NCBI GenBank assembly: GCA_973895155.1
Contig: OZ316897.1
Span: 19,781,224-19,845,223 of the forward strand
Origin: Marsupella aquatica
Taxonomy: Eukaryota; Plantae; Marchantiophyta
Reading direction: 5' to 3'
DNA: 64,000 nucleotides
Each line of letters begins with the position of its first letter. The stretch's first letter is position 1. The notes below the pieces were generated by a model that ran no database searches, was not told where the DNA came from, and saw only the letters and a list, made by a program, of their open reading frames with translations. The translations under genes and the position numbers were made by a program. Below are positions 1 to 13,100 of this stretch, piece by piece.

Positions 1-144
1 TTGTCAATATTTCTATAATATTCCAAAATGAAAAGGGTAGAACAATAGTTTTGAACAGTTTTACTTTTTTATTTTTTAGTGCATTTAATAGCTGAAAATG
101 TCAAACTTGATATGAGACCCTATTTAGAGGGAGGGCCCCCAAGA

Positions 145-245
145 GTGTCATGAGAAGAAAACTATTTCATGTTTACATGCACTCACTTGGCCTACATGGT
201 AGGTTTCCTGAAGCACTCGAAACTTGTGTGAAAGAAACTTGGCAA
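145..245 (+). pseudogene. Degenerate fragment of a second KolX-like (P2X7-ballast-like) ORF
   Basis: MRRKLFHVY...FPEALETCVKETW aligns at DNA and protein level with MRRKRFQVY...FPEAVEACVKATW of the ORF at 8133-8531, with internal indels. Confidence 0.7.
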
Positions 246-926
246 GCCATGATAACTTGGCATCACCAAATAATTAATAAGCCTTTAAAAGGGCCAGACC
301 GTTTGGGGACATTAAGCGTAGTTTTCTCATCAATCAATAAGGTGTCATGATTTTCTCCTTATAGCAGGCCGGTTTAATAATGGAACAAATTCCATTAAAC
401 TTGCAAAACAGAAATATTTTAAGAGTTTGAGTATGATGTTTTAGCTCTTCTTTTGGACATCAATTTATTTTAAGAGTTAGAGTATGATGTCCCAAAGTTA
501 ACAGGAACACAAACTAACATATTCTATAATGCAAGCTAACAGGAATTTTGATAGGAGGAGAGTGTTCTTGGCAAATCACTCTGGTTTTTAAAAGAAAAAG
601 AAAAATTGGTGCTTTTAATATTTTCTGTGTATTTTTAGGACTCCAGATGGCCAGGGAGTTTGCTAGCCAAATGAAGAGCCAAAAAAATGCATGTTACCAA
701 CCAAGATTTGGCCAGCTAGTGAATAACTTTGCCACTGAAATGGGTTTTGTTATTACTCATAACAGTAAAAATCTTACTGTTTGCTTGCATCTACGATTAC
801 CCTATCAACCACTTGGTCCCTTAATCCTGTTCATGAAAGAAATTTTGTTTCAGTCGCAGGCCCTTTGTACACTCTCACCTTCTTACAAATCCATTTTTAG
901 AAGACTTCAAGCACTCACACCTACTA

Positions 927-2080
927 CCATCTTCCCCTGAACACAACGCCCTGGCACTATATTCAAATAGTGGGCCGGGGGGGCGCTATATTCGAATATA
1001 GCGCCCTGGGCATTGTGTTCAGATTTTGTCACAAGGTTTTGGATTTTTTCACTTGTGGCCTTGTGTTCAAAAATGGCGTCGTGTTTGAGTTTGACGTTGT
1101 GTTTGAGTTTAGGCGTTATGTATAAGGCTAGGAGATTGATTTATGGTGTAAGCACAAATAAAAGTTATATACAGAACTGATGTCTTAAAGAAAGTGTTTG
1201 GGAATGTATAGATAATTCAAACACTGAAATTACACAAGCCAGGAAGAGAGCCAAGAGGATCTTTATCCTATTACCAAAAGGAAAGCCTGTCACAAATTTG
1301 ATGAACTTATTTGTAGGAGATAAGTCATAATAGGAGTTTAGAGATTCATTATTGATCTGATTTTTAACTGTGTGCATGTGCACACTCACGTAAGAAGTTT
1401 CACAAGGAGATAAAGTTATCCTCGGGGGGGGGGGGTCACTTCCATGGAAGTGGCATATCATGTGCGACAAAGTATAGGGTCATTTAAATGGTTTTGGTGG
1501 AAGACTTATTAAGTCTTCTATGGAAATATAGGGTTGTTTAATTACAAAATGCATACGTGTCATCACATGATTGGTGCCGTACAACTTTCTAGAAAGTGAC
1601 TTAGGGGGGTCATAAATGACCCAAACCGTCGCACGTGATGTATGACCCTTCATATAGTGACCCCCCCCCCCCCCGAGAAGTTATCGAGTGCCCTTTCAGC
1701 CGAGTATGCATGTCTGAGCTTTTGCTCCAGAAATTTTTGCAACAATCTACAAATGCTGCAAACTTTTTTTGTTCAGTTTTTCTTCACACACAAAATATGA
1801 TTGCTCTCAAGCACAGGGTGCAATTTTGAACACAACGCCAACTATTCAAATTCAGCGCCAACTATTCAAACACAGTGCCAACTTCAAATCTCTCAAACAC
1901 GGGGTGCAATTTTGAACACAATGCCAACTGTTTGAACACAGTGCCAACTTTGAACACAATGCCCGGGCGTTGTGTTAATACGACGTTGTGTTTGAAGAAA
2001 AACATTTTTTTTTCCTTTTAGGACCCTAAAAATCCCATATTCAAACATAGCGCCCAGACGTTGTGTTCAGGGGAAGACAG
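927..2080. mobile_element. Non-autonomous TIR element with TA TSD (Tc1/mariner/pogo-like MITE)
   Basis: Left end TA|ccatcttcccctgaacacaacgcc; right end reverse complement TA|ctgtcttcccctgaacacaacgtc. Many subterminal (tt)gaacacaacgcc-like repeats in both orientations; no ORF. Confidence 0.75.
1421..1677. mobile_element. Nested 257-bp MITE with poly-G TIRs and 8-bp TSD
   Basis: TIR CTCG(n)TCACT ... AGTGAC(n)GAG; exact flanking duplication AAGTTATC at 1413-1420 and 1678-1685. Confidence 0.85.
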
Positions 2081-5000
2081 TAGGTCTTGTGCCTTTTTGA
2101 CAGCGGGAGGGTTCTCAAACATCTTTGCTGATTTTTAGCTGCATTCCTGATTTAGCTATTGAGCTCTACCTGGAGAAAGTTCCATAGGTAATAACCGAAC
2201 CTTCAAATCATAAGCTAGGGAGAAACGCATTGTATAGTTGGCAGGTTGAGAGGCAATGGAAGAAGACTTGCCCTTCTACTTTGTCATATTTACTGGCATT
2301 AACTGGACCAAGAAGTTGCCAAGATGGCTAATGAACTCTCAGCAGGCAGCTGGACACTTGCCAATCCTTGAAAATACAAGGGATGACATGACCTTTTGTA
2401 GGAAGGTCGTATAAGTGAAATAGATCATTTAAATTCCAAAATTAATATATTTATAGAATAATATTTCTGGACTTATGAGAAATGCCTTCCAAGATTCTCT
2501 GGCTACACGTGAAGCCACATCAACAATTTGCAGTCACAAACATGGATGTCTATGTTTGTTACAAGACTCAAACAAATTTCATGTGCATTTGACCGGAGGC
2601 CACCAAAAATGGTTAGACCATCAAACAATAAAAAATGTTTGTGACAACAAACAACAAGGTAAAGCCAACCACACAAATAATCCATTAAAGTTTTGAGATC
2701 AACTGATGGAGTCAGATATTGATGACTAAGGCTGCGCACCTTTTTAAAATACTTTTTAAAATATTTGGTAACTATCGATTTAAGGGAGGCAAAAGAGCAA
2801 CTTTCAAGATTTGAATCCAAGACCTATGAATACCTAGTCTAGTGAGTTACCACACAACCATGTCTGCTTTGGCAGTGATGTGCACGTTTAATTGAGAGTT
2901 GCTCATGTATCTGTGGAGTGTACTTTTTGAGTTTTCATGAAATTGTTAGGATTCTACTAGGGTACATCACCATCCTAAGTTGCATCAAATGAGTTTTTCA
3001 GCCATAACCTTATCCACTCAAGTCAGTTTGGGCTGAGATCCTTTTGATGAAACACTTGAAGAAATGGATGTCCCAAACAAATTCAGTGGCCCTCGCCAAC
3101 TCAATTGTAGTAGATGAGAGGGGAAAAGAAAAAAGAAAAAAGTGGGGGTGGGTGAGGGGAAAAACGTAACAAAATGATGCTACTTGACATAAATGATGTG
3201 GGGGAATCATTTGTATCCACAGAGAATCAATTAAGGGAGACTTCAACGGCCACGAGAGGAAAGAAGTGTAAAAAGGAAAATGATAGCAAACACCTTTTCT
3301 CTGCAAGGTGGTGACACCAAAATGAATCAATGCAAAAATGAATTATCACTGGGATCCCATAAAGGAGGAGCAAATAATGAGCTCCCTGTAGGTGCTATGA
3401 CATTGTGTTCCAATTATGGATATTTTGGAGTCCATATTCGTTACCACAGATCCAACAAGGGGTCTATGAGTATTTTGTGTAGGTAAGGACTGCGCTGAGT
3501 GATATCCTAAAAAACTGAAGTCACTTAGTTCACCCCACCAATAACGTGACAATCTCTCAACCTCGGACTCTGGAAGTCAGAGGGTGAGAAAAGGTTACTA
3601 AGGGAAGTGTTTAATCAGCCCACAAAAAGATAGGGACCCTATAGTAAGCATTCAAGGATCTCATCTTGGTGGGATGGCTTTGATCAAGGGAGGGACAAGA
3701 TATCAGGGCAGGAAGGAAGGCAGAGGAAAGACTGTAAAATAACCACTCTCGATCATTATTTGTGATCTTTAGGGCAAGGTTCGTTTACAGATTGAGAGGA
3801 CAATTCTTCTTTGTTCCTAGGCCAAACATGACTGAAATATGGTACTTGACTTCTGGTTTTCTTTACTGATCCTTTAAGTAAAGTAATGTAGTAGATCCTC
3901 ACATTTGTCTTTCCTTGCGCTTATATGTTATCTCCTCTCTGTCTTTTGGACCCCCTATGGCCCTATAGATGTGGTCCAAAACTTAGACGACATGCCAGTT
4001 TAATTTGTAGAGTACACTGTCATGATTGTTGATATTTTGACACAGATTTCAATCTGTCCTCCGACATTGATTTCTTTACCTTTATGGTGCTTTGGTTGGG
4101 GTGCCCTCTCGATTGTTGTGGGGAGATGCCTGCTCAAGTGACCTTTCACCAGTACAAAGCCAAACCTATTCTCCAATAAGTGGCCAAACTTTATGAGCTA
4201 TACCAAGTTTTTAAGTTGTTACTCAATAAGGTCAATAAGTCTTTACAGTAGTTATTTTGCCCTTGTTTGAGGCTCTATGGCTTTTTGGCTCTTTAATCTT
4301 CCTGAGTGTTTTCCCTCTATTGGGTTTGGGCTCTTTTTGTCCTTTGGCAGTGTTATATATTTGCATCTATATAGCATCAATCTCAACAAATGCCACATAG
4401 CAGAACCCCCCCCCCCCCCCCTATTCACTGCTTGTGAGGGAGAGTTGGTGGATGTGTCAGTTGGGTAAAGTGCAAGGCAAATCTCCAGCCTGGCCTTTTG
4501 TTCTCCCCTATGTACGTGTAGACTTTTACTTTGATGTTCATAAGATTTTCTTTCCAAGGGCAAAAATAGAACTCGTAATACATTTCCATGCACCCAAAAA
4601 GTGTATGATAACGCAAAAATTCCATGCAGTCTAACCCGCACCACCAATCCTGCTGAGATTCATACAGTTTAATTACCATGCATGAATGCATGTGGATAAG
4701 TGCATTCCATGGGTAACTGCAGGTAACAGCGCTTCTTGTAAGTGCACCAGAAAATGCATCATATGCAAGTCGGCATATCAACATAACTTATTGACAAATA
4801 CATAAGTGCATTTGTGTCTACCAGAGAGCACATGCATTCATGAATTAGCACAATGCATATGTTACAAGCATTTGTTGATAAGTGCAGTGGACAGCTACAT
4901 ACAATAGCTTCATGCACTGATCCAATTGAATTACGCCCGACAAGGGTTTGGGGAAGGTCTGGTGTATTTGACCTGACACTACATATGGCAAAGTGCACAA

Positions 5001-5448
5001 AGGATTTTCATATGCACTTATTAGACAGTGCAGCAATACCATATGGAAAAGTGTATAACTAATACTCATGCACTTTAACATAGTGCACAACATATATTAG
5101 TGCAGGTTGAAGACTATGTCCAATGGACTTTGGGTTTATGTTTTGGCACCCTTCACTTTTTGTCGCCCGCTCTAGCCCAATCAACTTTGTCTCATCAACT
5201 TCTTTCTTGTGAAGTCATGGTTTATGTTCTAGTAACACTTTTTTCCAACAGAGTCATGCTTCTTCATAAGAGACACATTTTTCCAACGGAGTCATGCTTG
5301 CTTCATAAGAGAGTCTCATGTTAGTGTTGAGAGGGAGCCTAGTACCTTAATTGGTTAAGAGTCATGATTGATAGTCTTGATTGATGTTCTACCGAGTGCA
5401 ACACTTCGAGAAACACTTCTTTCTAATGAAGTCATGCTTGTTTCGTAA

Positions 5449-5822
5449 TGTTAGGTTATGCCTCTAGTATAACCTATTTACTTCCATAGTACTAGCTAGA
5501 CTTCAGTAGACTAAGATTTGAGTTCTAGGTTCCCATAGACCATAGGAGGGGGTATACCCAAGGGGAACACAAACTTGTGCTCACACTTGAAGGTTCATTC
5601 TCTTGGAGAGAGAGTTCAGAGGAGATGAGAGAAGGAGCTATAGCATGTTGGCTATGGAGCACGTGTAATTGTGTTGAGTATTATTGGATTTGTCTTACGG
5701 TCGTGGATGTAGCCCAGATAGGGTGAACCACATACCTTCAGTGTTGAGTCTATGGATGTTGTTAACATGTGTTGATGCTATCATGTTCAATTATAGATTT
5801 ATCTTGAGATTTATTCCCAACA
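5449..5822 (+). mobile_element. Solo LTR (copia-like)
   Basis: TGTTAGG...CCCAACA ends; flanks CGTAA/CATAA (1 mismatch). Contains cgtggatgtagcc...ggtgaaccacatac, matching the motif cgtggacgtagcc...ggtgaaccacgtat on the minus strand of the LTR at 9543-9909. Confidence 0.7.
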
Positions 5823-6949
5823 CATAACAAAGTCTAAACTATTCAGGCAAAGCTTAGTACTTTCATTATATAAGAATATATCATGATTGATAGGGTCTTG
5901 GTTGATGTTCTGCCAAATGGTTCTTCTCTATGGAGTTGTGGTTAATGTTTTTAGCAACACTCTTTTTGATGGTGTCATGTCTGTTTTGTAATAGAGTCTA
6001 AGTGTCCAAGCAAAGCCTAGTACTTTGGATAAAAGTCATGATTAATGATAGTGTATTGGTTTATGTTCTGGTAAACTTGGGTGCGGCCGGAGCGGGCAGC
6101 AGCATTGGGGACTTGGGCCGGAGCGGGAGACTACAAGTGAAGAGACATAAACACAAAATTGATTGCACAAAGTTGATTGGGTCGGAACAGTTCATAGAAT
6201 GATAGAGTCTTGATTTATGTTCTGTCAAAGTTGGACTGGAGCAAGCAGCAACATTGGGGATTGGTATGGGCAGTGTACGAAGCCCCAGGAATATGGGGAA
6301 GCACTAACACGTGTAGATTAATGGAGTGTAGATTTAACCTTTGTTTGAAGTCTCATCTTGGTAATGCACTCAAACAGTCTAAAGTTGTACACTACCCTAG
6401 AATTCCTTTCCTTGGGTGATGCTAAAATGGGTTCACTAACTGTATCTCTTGTATTGGAGATGTCCTGTAGGAGTTTCATTAAAAGACATTCAATGAAACC
6501 CTTGCTAGACCAAAAAGGATTCAGGTCACGTATGGGGTTAATAAAGGCTAATGGCATTGATTAGTCTCAATCTTGAGTTTTGTTCTTAAACCACAACTCG
6601 GGGTACATAAGGACCCCGAGCCCTGCCCGCGAGCGTGCCACTCTGCCCGCTGGGTCAGAGACCAGTTCGAACCCGAGGGACTAACCCGGGGTCAGCAGGG
6701 CCGCCCTCCCCTCCCCCACCAGCCCTAGACTGCGACGAGCTGCCCCTGCGAGCTGCTCGCCTCCTCCCCGCTCCTCCCTTCGACCCCTGCGAGCTGCTGG
6801 CCTCCTGCAAGCTGCTCGCCTCCTCTCACACTCCTCCCTTCGAGGTTTTGGCTACCATAGCCAGCCACAGTGTGCCCATGCTCGTTGCACCATCTGCTGC
6901 CCCTGGTTGCTGTTGCCACTCAATCGATTGCCGAAGCTTGATGCATCCT

Positions 6950-7830
6950 TGGCTGTTGGTGCTTCATTCAACTTGCTGCTTCATTCGACTTGCTGCTGAC
7001 TTCAACTCGCTGCTGCTGGGGCTGTTGCTACCGAGGCTCGCTGCTGTTGAGGCTGTTGCTGCCGAGGCTCGCTGCTGCCTCCCAGCTGAATGTGTATGGC
7101 CTCCTCCGTTTGAGCTTACGGCTGCCATAGCCATCCACGGACTGCCCTACTCGCTGCGCCCTTGGCTGCCCCTGTTTGCGAAGCTCTCGGCTGCCCCTAC
7201 TCGCTGTTGCTGCTCGATTTCCTGCTTGATCTCGCTGCTGAAACAATTTTGTGCTTCAACTCAACTTGCTGCTGAATAGATTTGCTGTTTCAACTCATTG
7301 CTTGAACTCGCTGTTGAAGCTCATGCTGAAGCTCGCTGCTGAATCTTGCTGCTGCCTCGGCTCTTGCTGCTGAAGCTCGCAGCTTCAACTCGCTGCTGCC
7401 CTCGCTCGCTGCTGCCTTGGTCCAAGCTCGCTTGCTGCTGAAATCTTGCTGCTGCTGAAGCTATTGCTGCTGAAGCTCACTGCTTCAACTCGCTGCTGCC
7501 CGAGCTCGCTACTGCCTTGGTCCAAGCTCGCTTGCTGCTGCCTCGGCTGTTGCTGCTGAAGCTCACCGCTTCAACTCGCTGTTGCCCTCACTCGTTGCTG
7601 CCTCGGTCCAAGCTTGCTGCTGAATCTTGCTGTTGCCTCGGCTGTTGCTGCTGAAGCTCGCCGCTTCAACTCGCTGCTGCCCTCACTTGCTGCTGCCCTC
7701 ACTTGCTGCTGCCTCGGTCCAAGCTCGCTGCTTCAACTTGTTGCTGCCTCTGTCCAAGCTCTCTTGCTGCTTCAACTCACTTCTGCCTTGGGTCCCTCAC
7801 CAACCTCGATTGCTGCTCAAGCTTGCTCAT
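6950..7830. repeat. GCT/CTG-rich imperfect tandem repeat inside the transposon left arm
   Basis: Recurrent unit such as gctgctgaagctcgccgcttcaactcgctgctgccc...gcctcggtccaagctcgc; produces low-complexity ORFs in several frames. Confidence 0.75.
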
Positions 7831-8132
7831 TGCTGCAGGTCAAGGTTGCTTGCTCCATAGCTCAAGCTCCTTGCTCATGCCATTGTGCCCACATTCCAGC
7901 TTCAGCTTCACTAGGGATAGTGTCAACTCTCTGGTCCCCTCTCCTCCTTCGTTACATTGCAATGTCAATTTTCGAGCAATGTAGTATTCATGTCTTGTTG
8001 CAATGAGTCAGACTTGGTTTTGGGTGATTTGAGTCGGTCTCTACTGGATCTCTATTGTTGAATTCATATTTTATGTGAGTGTTGGGCAGCAACAGCATAT
8101 GTGATATTTGAGTGTTTGATTTTTTCAGGAAC

Positions 8133-8531
8133 ATGGCACCAATTCGAAAGTTGAGAGCCACATTGACTGAACATGACAATGGGACCTACACCTTGAGTTG
8201 GCAGGATCCTGCTGATGTTGGCGATGCTCCACCTATTGTCCGGACTGTCACATTGGAACAAGTCCAAGCTGATTTTCCTGAATTCTCTACTACAATTTCA
8301 GAGTGTCACATGGATCTCAATCCTGTAGTCCCGATTGAACAATTTATCATGTGCGCAACATACAGTTATGCTGAAACTGTCATGAGAAGGAAAAGATTTC
8401 AGGTCTACACTCACTTGGCTTACATAGCAGGGTTTTCTGATAGAACCAAGTTTCCCGAAGCTGTTGAAGCTTGTGTGAAGGCGACTTGGCATGATGAAGG
8501 GGAGGAATTTGTAGGATTTATTCCAAATTAG
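8133..8531 (+). CDS. KolX-like accessory protein (resembles C-terminal part of the P2X7 ballast domain), 132 aa
   Basis: ATG at 8133 just after a tttttcag acceptor. C-terminus RRKRFQVYTHLAYIAGFSDRTKFPEAVEACVKATWHDEGEEFVGF fits the R..Y......G...R...P..V...I...(W/F)P....(Y/F).GF pattern I recall for ballast/KolX proteins. Convergent with the transposase. Confidence 0.6.
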   Translation: MAPIRKLRATLTEHDNGTYTLSWQDPADVGDAPPIVRTVTLEQVQADFPEFSTTISECHMDLNPVVPIEQFIMCATYSYAETVMRRKRFQVYTHLAYIAGFSDRTKFPEAVEACVKATWHDEGEEFVGFIPN

Positions 8532-8851
8532 GAGTACACAGGCTTCTGCTATATATGTTTCACATTTGTTTGAAATTTCTGCCAAGATCTACTAATAAAC
8601 TGTTTGCAGAGTATAACTCCTGCTGGTTGGCAGCAAAAGGGGTTCAATTCCCCTTGGGAGTACATGGCTATGGGTTAGACATGGGTTAGAGTACCACAAG
8701 TGCAATTTTTCCAGGAGGAGAACTCTTGTTTGAAATATTGTGCATCACAATTGCACCTGTTACAGGGAGACAACTCTTGCTTTTGTTTGGCAGCATGAAA
8801 AGATCAATTCCCTTCAGATGTTGACATATTCAATGAAACCAAAATGAGACA

Positions 8852-9232
8852 AGGTTGCCAAAGGGACCCAAATGATACTACCTCTCAAAGCGGCCCAGAA
8901 ATGCCATATGTCAACCACAAACTTTACTCATTCCCTCACTTTGGTGCTCCACTTCTAAACTTTTCTCATTCCATCACTAGGTTGGCAAAGGGACCCAGAT
9001 GATTACTACCTCTCAAAGCTGCCCAAAAATGCCATATGTCATTCAATAACCACAAACTTTACTCATTCCCTCGCTTGGTGCTCCACTTCTAAACTTTTCT
9101 CATTCCCTCACTTGTTGCCCAGGTTATAAGACTGTCATTCAATAACCACAAACTTTACTCATTCCCTCGCTTGGTGCTCCACTTCTAAACTTTTCTCATT
9201 CCCTCACTTGGTGCCCAGGTTATAAGACTGTT
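8852..9232. repeat. Nested direct repeats downstream of the KolX-like ORF
   Basis: aaccacaaactttactcattccctc...ggtgctccacttctaaacttttctcattcc occurs three times; aagggaccca.atgat..ctacctctcaaag occurs twice. Confidence 0.8.
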
Positions 9233-9542
9233 TGGGCATGGTATGAAAACAATTGACGAAAAACATAATTTATAAAAGTTTGAAATTTTGGCATAGCATT
9301 CCAAGTTGATAGTAATAGGGTACCCCCAAGTCCGGATTGCTAACACTATCCATGCAAAAAGGATGAAATACAAGTGGTGCCAGGTCTCAGCCCTCCTCAA
9401 GGAAATCACCCCTCCAATGGTAAACAATAAAATTAGCATTGAGGTACACAAAATGACAAATTTTCACACTATAATGAATTGTTTCCAGAAAGAATAAGTC
9501 ACAATTTTCACTCACATGAGGTATGTTAGCCGAGGTCATATA

Positions 9543-9909
9543 TGTTGAGCATAGACGACGATCGCAACGGCAAGCCCATGAACCATCCAACGCACAATAG
9601 TCGACACAAGAGATACGTGGTTCACCTCCTTGAGGCTACGTCCACGGGAACACACAAGAGAGCTTTACTGAACTCTAAGCCCGTCGGCTATACCGAGTCT
9701 CCATAGTGTAAGCTCTCCCTATCTCTCAAGTGGCTCCATAACAATGAGCCTTGGTTCTACCTCTCCAAGCATACATGCCTCTTATGATATAGTGTGCAAC
9801 TTAGTTGTACCTAACCACATAGTTGTACCTAATCACGTAGTTGTACCAACCCACGTTGTTGTACCAACCACGTCATACCTAACCTAGACGTAAGAGTAAA
9901 TACCCAACA
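9543..9909 (-). repeat. 3' LTR (367 bp)
   Basis: TGTTGAGC...CCCAACA; near-identical to 15570-15972. Confidence 0.95.
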
Positions 9910-9910
9910 A

Positions 9911-9920
9911 TCTTCCCCTT
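9911..9920 (-). other. Polypurine tract
   Basis: AAGGGGAAGA on the minus strand immediately before the 3' LTR. Confidence 0.85.
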
Positions 9921-10101
9921 GACTCTGGTCTAGGGGAGAGTAATACTGCCAATGTACATATGATCCCTCAGCGGGAAGTTCTGGATAAAAACCAAACCGG
10001 TTTCCCTCTCTAACTAGAGCAAACCAGAACTAAGACATAGCCTAATACATAGGAATGAGGAAGAGCATATATCAGTAATTACAATGAATGTTAAGAAAAC
10101 T

Positions 10102-13100
10102 CTACTTGTGATGCAATTGCAAAACCTGCAATACGTCACGGTGTCTAGAGAAGCTCTCCAAAGGAATCACTTTGGTAAATGCGTCAGCCGGGTTGAGTTT
10201 ACCATCAATCTTGACTAGCTCAAACAAATTATCAGACACAGCCTGCCTGATAAAATGGTACCTAACGTCAATGTGCTTCACTCTGCTATCCATCACCTGG
10301 TTCACAGCAAGGTGGAGCGCACTTTGACTATCACAATGGAGCTTCACATTCCCCTGTGGCAATCCCATTTCAGTGATAAGTCTATCCAACCAAATCGCAT
10401 CCTTTGCTGCTTCCGCAGCTGCAACATACTCCGCTTCTGTAGTAGACTGAGCAATACACTTCTGCAAAGTAGACCTCCAACTTATGCATCCACCGCCAAG
10501 TGTGAACACGTATCCTGTTGTTGATCTCCTTCGGTCCAAATCTTGTCCATAGTCAGAATCAACATAGCCAATCAATGATTTAGCATTCTTTGCATTCGCA
10601 TCAAATAAAAGACCATGATCCACGGTACCCTTCAAGTACCTGATAATCCACTTCACTGCTTCCCAGTGTACCTTCCCTGGATTCGACATGTACCTGCTCA
10701 CCTTGCCCATAGCCATGGCAAGATCAGGTCTAGTGCAAGTCATCAAATACATGAGACTCCCCATTGCCTTGTCATACGGAACCTTTGACATCAACCCCTT
10801 CTCTGTGTCATCCGTAGGACAGAACGCTGATGATAACTTGAAGTGTGGAGCCAACGGGGTACTTACTGGCTTGCTATTCCCCATGTTGAACCTTGCAATT
10901 ACCTTCCTCGCATAACTGCTCTGCGTCAACCATAGCTTGCCAACCTCCAAGTCCCTAGTGATCTCCATACCCAAAATCCTCTTAGCTGGCCCTAAGTCCT
11001 TCATCTTAAACTCTGCACTAAGCAGTGCCTTGAGCTTAACAATCTCAGACCTATCCTTGGCTGCAATTAGCATATCATCCACATAAAGTACTAAAACAAT
11101 GAACCCAAAGACAACATTCTTTACCGGTTTCAAATACACACAAGGGTCAAATACACTTCTGTGAAAACCTTGTGACCGAATCCAATCGTCAAACCGCTTG
11201 TTCCACTGTCTTGGTGACTGCTTCAACCCATACAAGGATTTCAGCAATCTGCAAACCAATTCCTCCTGTCCTCTCTTCACAAAATCTAGCGGTTGTCTCA
11301 TGAAGATCACCTCTTCCAATGTGCCATAGAGGAAAGCTGTGACAACATCCATCTGATCTAGCAGCAGACCAAACATTACAACAAGTACACACAATAGTCG
11401 TATTGTAGAGTACTTAGCAACTGGTGAGAAGACCTCATTGTAATCCACACCTTTCTCTTGTGTGAATCCCTTTGCTACCAATCTAGCCTTGTAGACCTTC
11501 AATCCACCTCCTATGGAATTATCCTTCAGCTTGTAAATCCACTTGCTGTCCACCACTTGCTGACCCTTAGGCAGCTTAACAAGCTCCCAAGTTTTGTTGT
11601 CCTTTAGTGACTGCATCTCTGTTTGCATTGCTGTAGTCCACTTCTGCTTCTCCTTTGAAGCACTTGCCTCATGAAATGAAGAAGGTTCCCCTTCTTCCAA
11701 AATTAACGCATCACCCTCATCATCAGTTGTAAAATCATCCTCTTGCAGTTGAGATGAATCAACCCACTGTCCATACCTTGGTGGAGCGCGTACAGTGTGA
11801 CCAGATGTTCTTCTAGCCGATGGCTCCGGTTGATCTGCGTGTGCTGGTATAATTTGAAGCTCAACAACATCCACTTGCTGCTCACCAGCATCAACAAACT
11901 CCTCTGGTTCCTCTGGCACAGGAACCAGCTCCATAATTGGAGCAACTCTTTCTCTCCGGTCATGCACCTCATAACCAATCTCCCCCTCAACGAGATCCGG
12001 GATAAGAGATTTTTCTTTGTCAGTACGGGAGACCTGAGTATTCTCCCCCTCCTTCAATAATCTGGATTCATTGAAGGAAACATCCCTACTGACAACGAGC
12101 TTACAGGCAATAGGATCCCATAGCCTATAGGCTTTCACACCAGTCTGGTACCCAAGAAAAACACATTTCTTGGAGGTACGATCCAACTTGGTCCTATTCT
12201 GCTTCGGTGTGAGATCATATGCATCACTTCCAAAAACTACCAAGCCATGATAGTCTGCTTGCCGCTTATAGCGCATCTCAAACGGCATTTTGAAATTGAT
12301 AGCACTAGAAGGAGAAAGATTTACCAAATAAGCTGCGGTATTGACAGCTTCTGCCCAAAATTCTTGTGGTAAACCTGATTGGCTCAACATACTCCGTGAC
12401 CACTCCAACAGTGTCCAATTGAGCCTCTCAGCGAAACCATTCTACTACGGAGTATAAACTGTGGTGAGATGACGAGTTACCCCCTGTTCTGAACAGTACT
12501 CTTCAAATTCCATTGAAGTGTACTCCTCGCCCTTGTCTGACCTCAGACTCTTCACCCTTGTATCCAAACACTTGATCGTGTTTCCAGCCTGATTCTCCAC
12601 CTGGGCCTTCCACTTCTTAAAAATGGACAAGACATCAGACTTATGCGTCATGAAATAAATCCACACAAATCTTGAGTAATCATCAATAAATGATACATAG
12701 TACAACTTTCCAGAGTGTGAGGGAGTCGGGGATGGACCCCACACGTCACTATGTATGTACTCAAGAACCGTTTTGGAACGATGAGTTCCAACACCAAAAG
12801 CACGACGATGTTGCTTTCCAAGAATGCAATGCTCACAAAACTCTAATTTACAAGATTGCAAATCAGAAATGAGTCCATTCTTCCGTAAGATAGCCAAACC
12901 CTTCTCACTCATGTGGCCTAGCCGTGAATGCCATAGTTGAGTCATCTCCTCGTGAGACTTGGTTACATTGGCCTCTCCACATACAGTATTGCCCTGTAAC
13001 ACATACAAATTCTTTTGTCTACTCCCCTTCAAAATCACTGTCTCTCCCGACCTGACTTGAAGTTCACCATCAATAACGCTCCATTGATGACCATTTGAAT

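Noticed and set aside
6635-8006. Several 77-214 aa ORFs rich in L/A/C/S
   Set aside because: They arise from GCT-rich repeats, overlap in multiple frames and show no recognisable domain.
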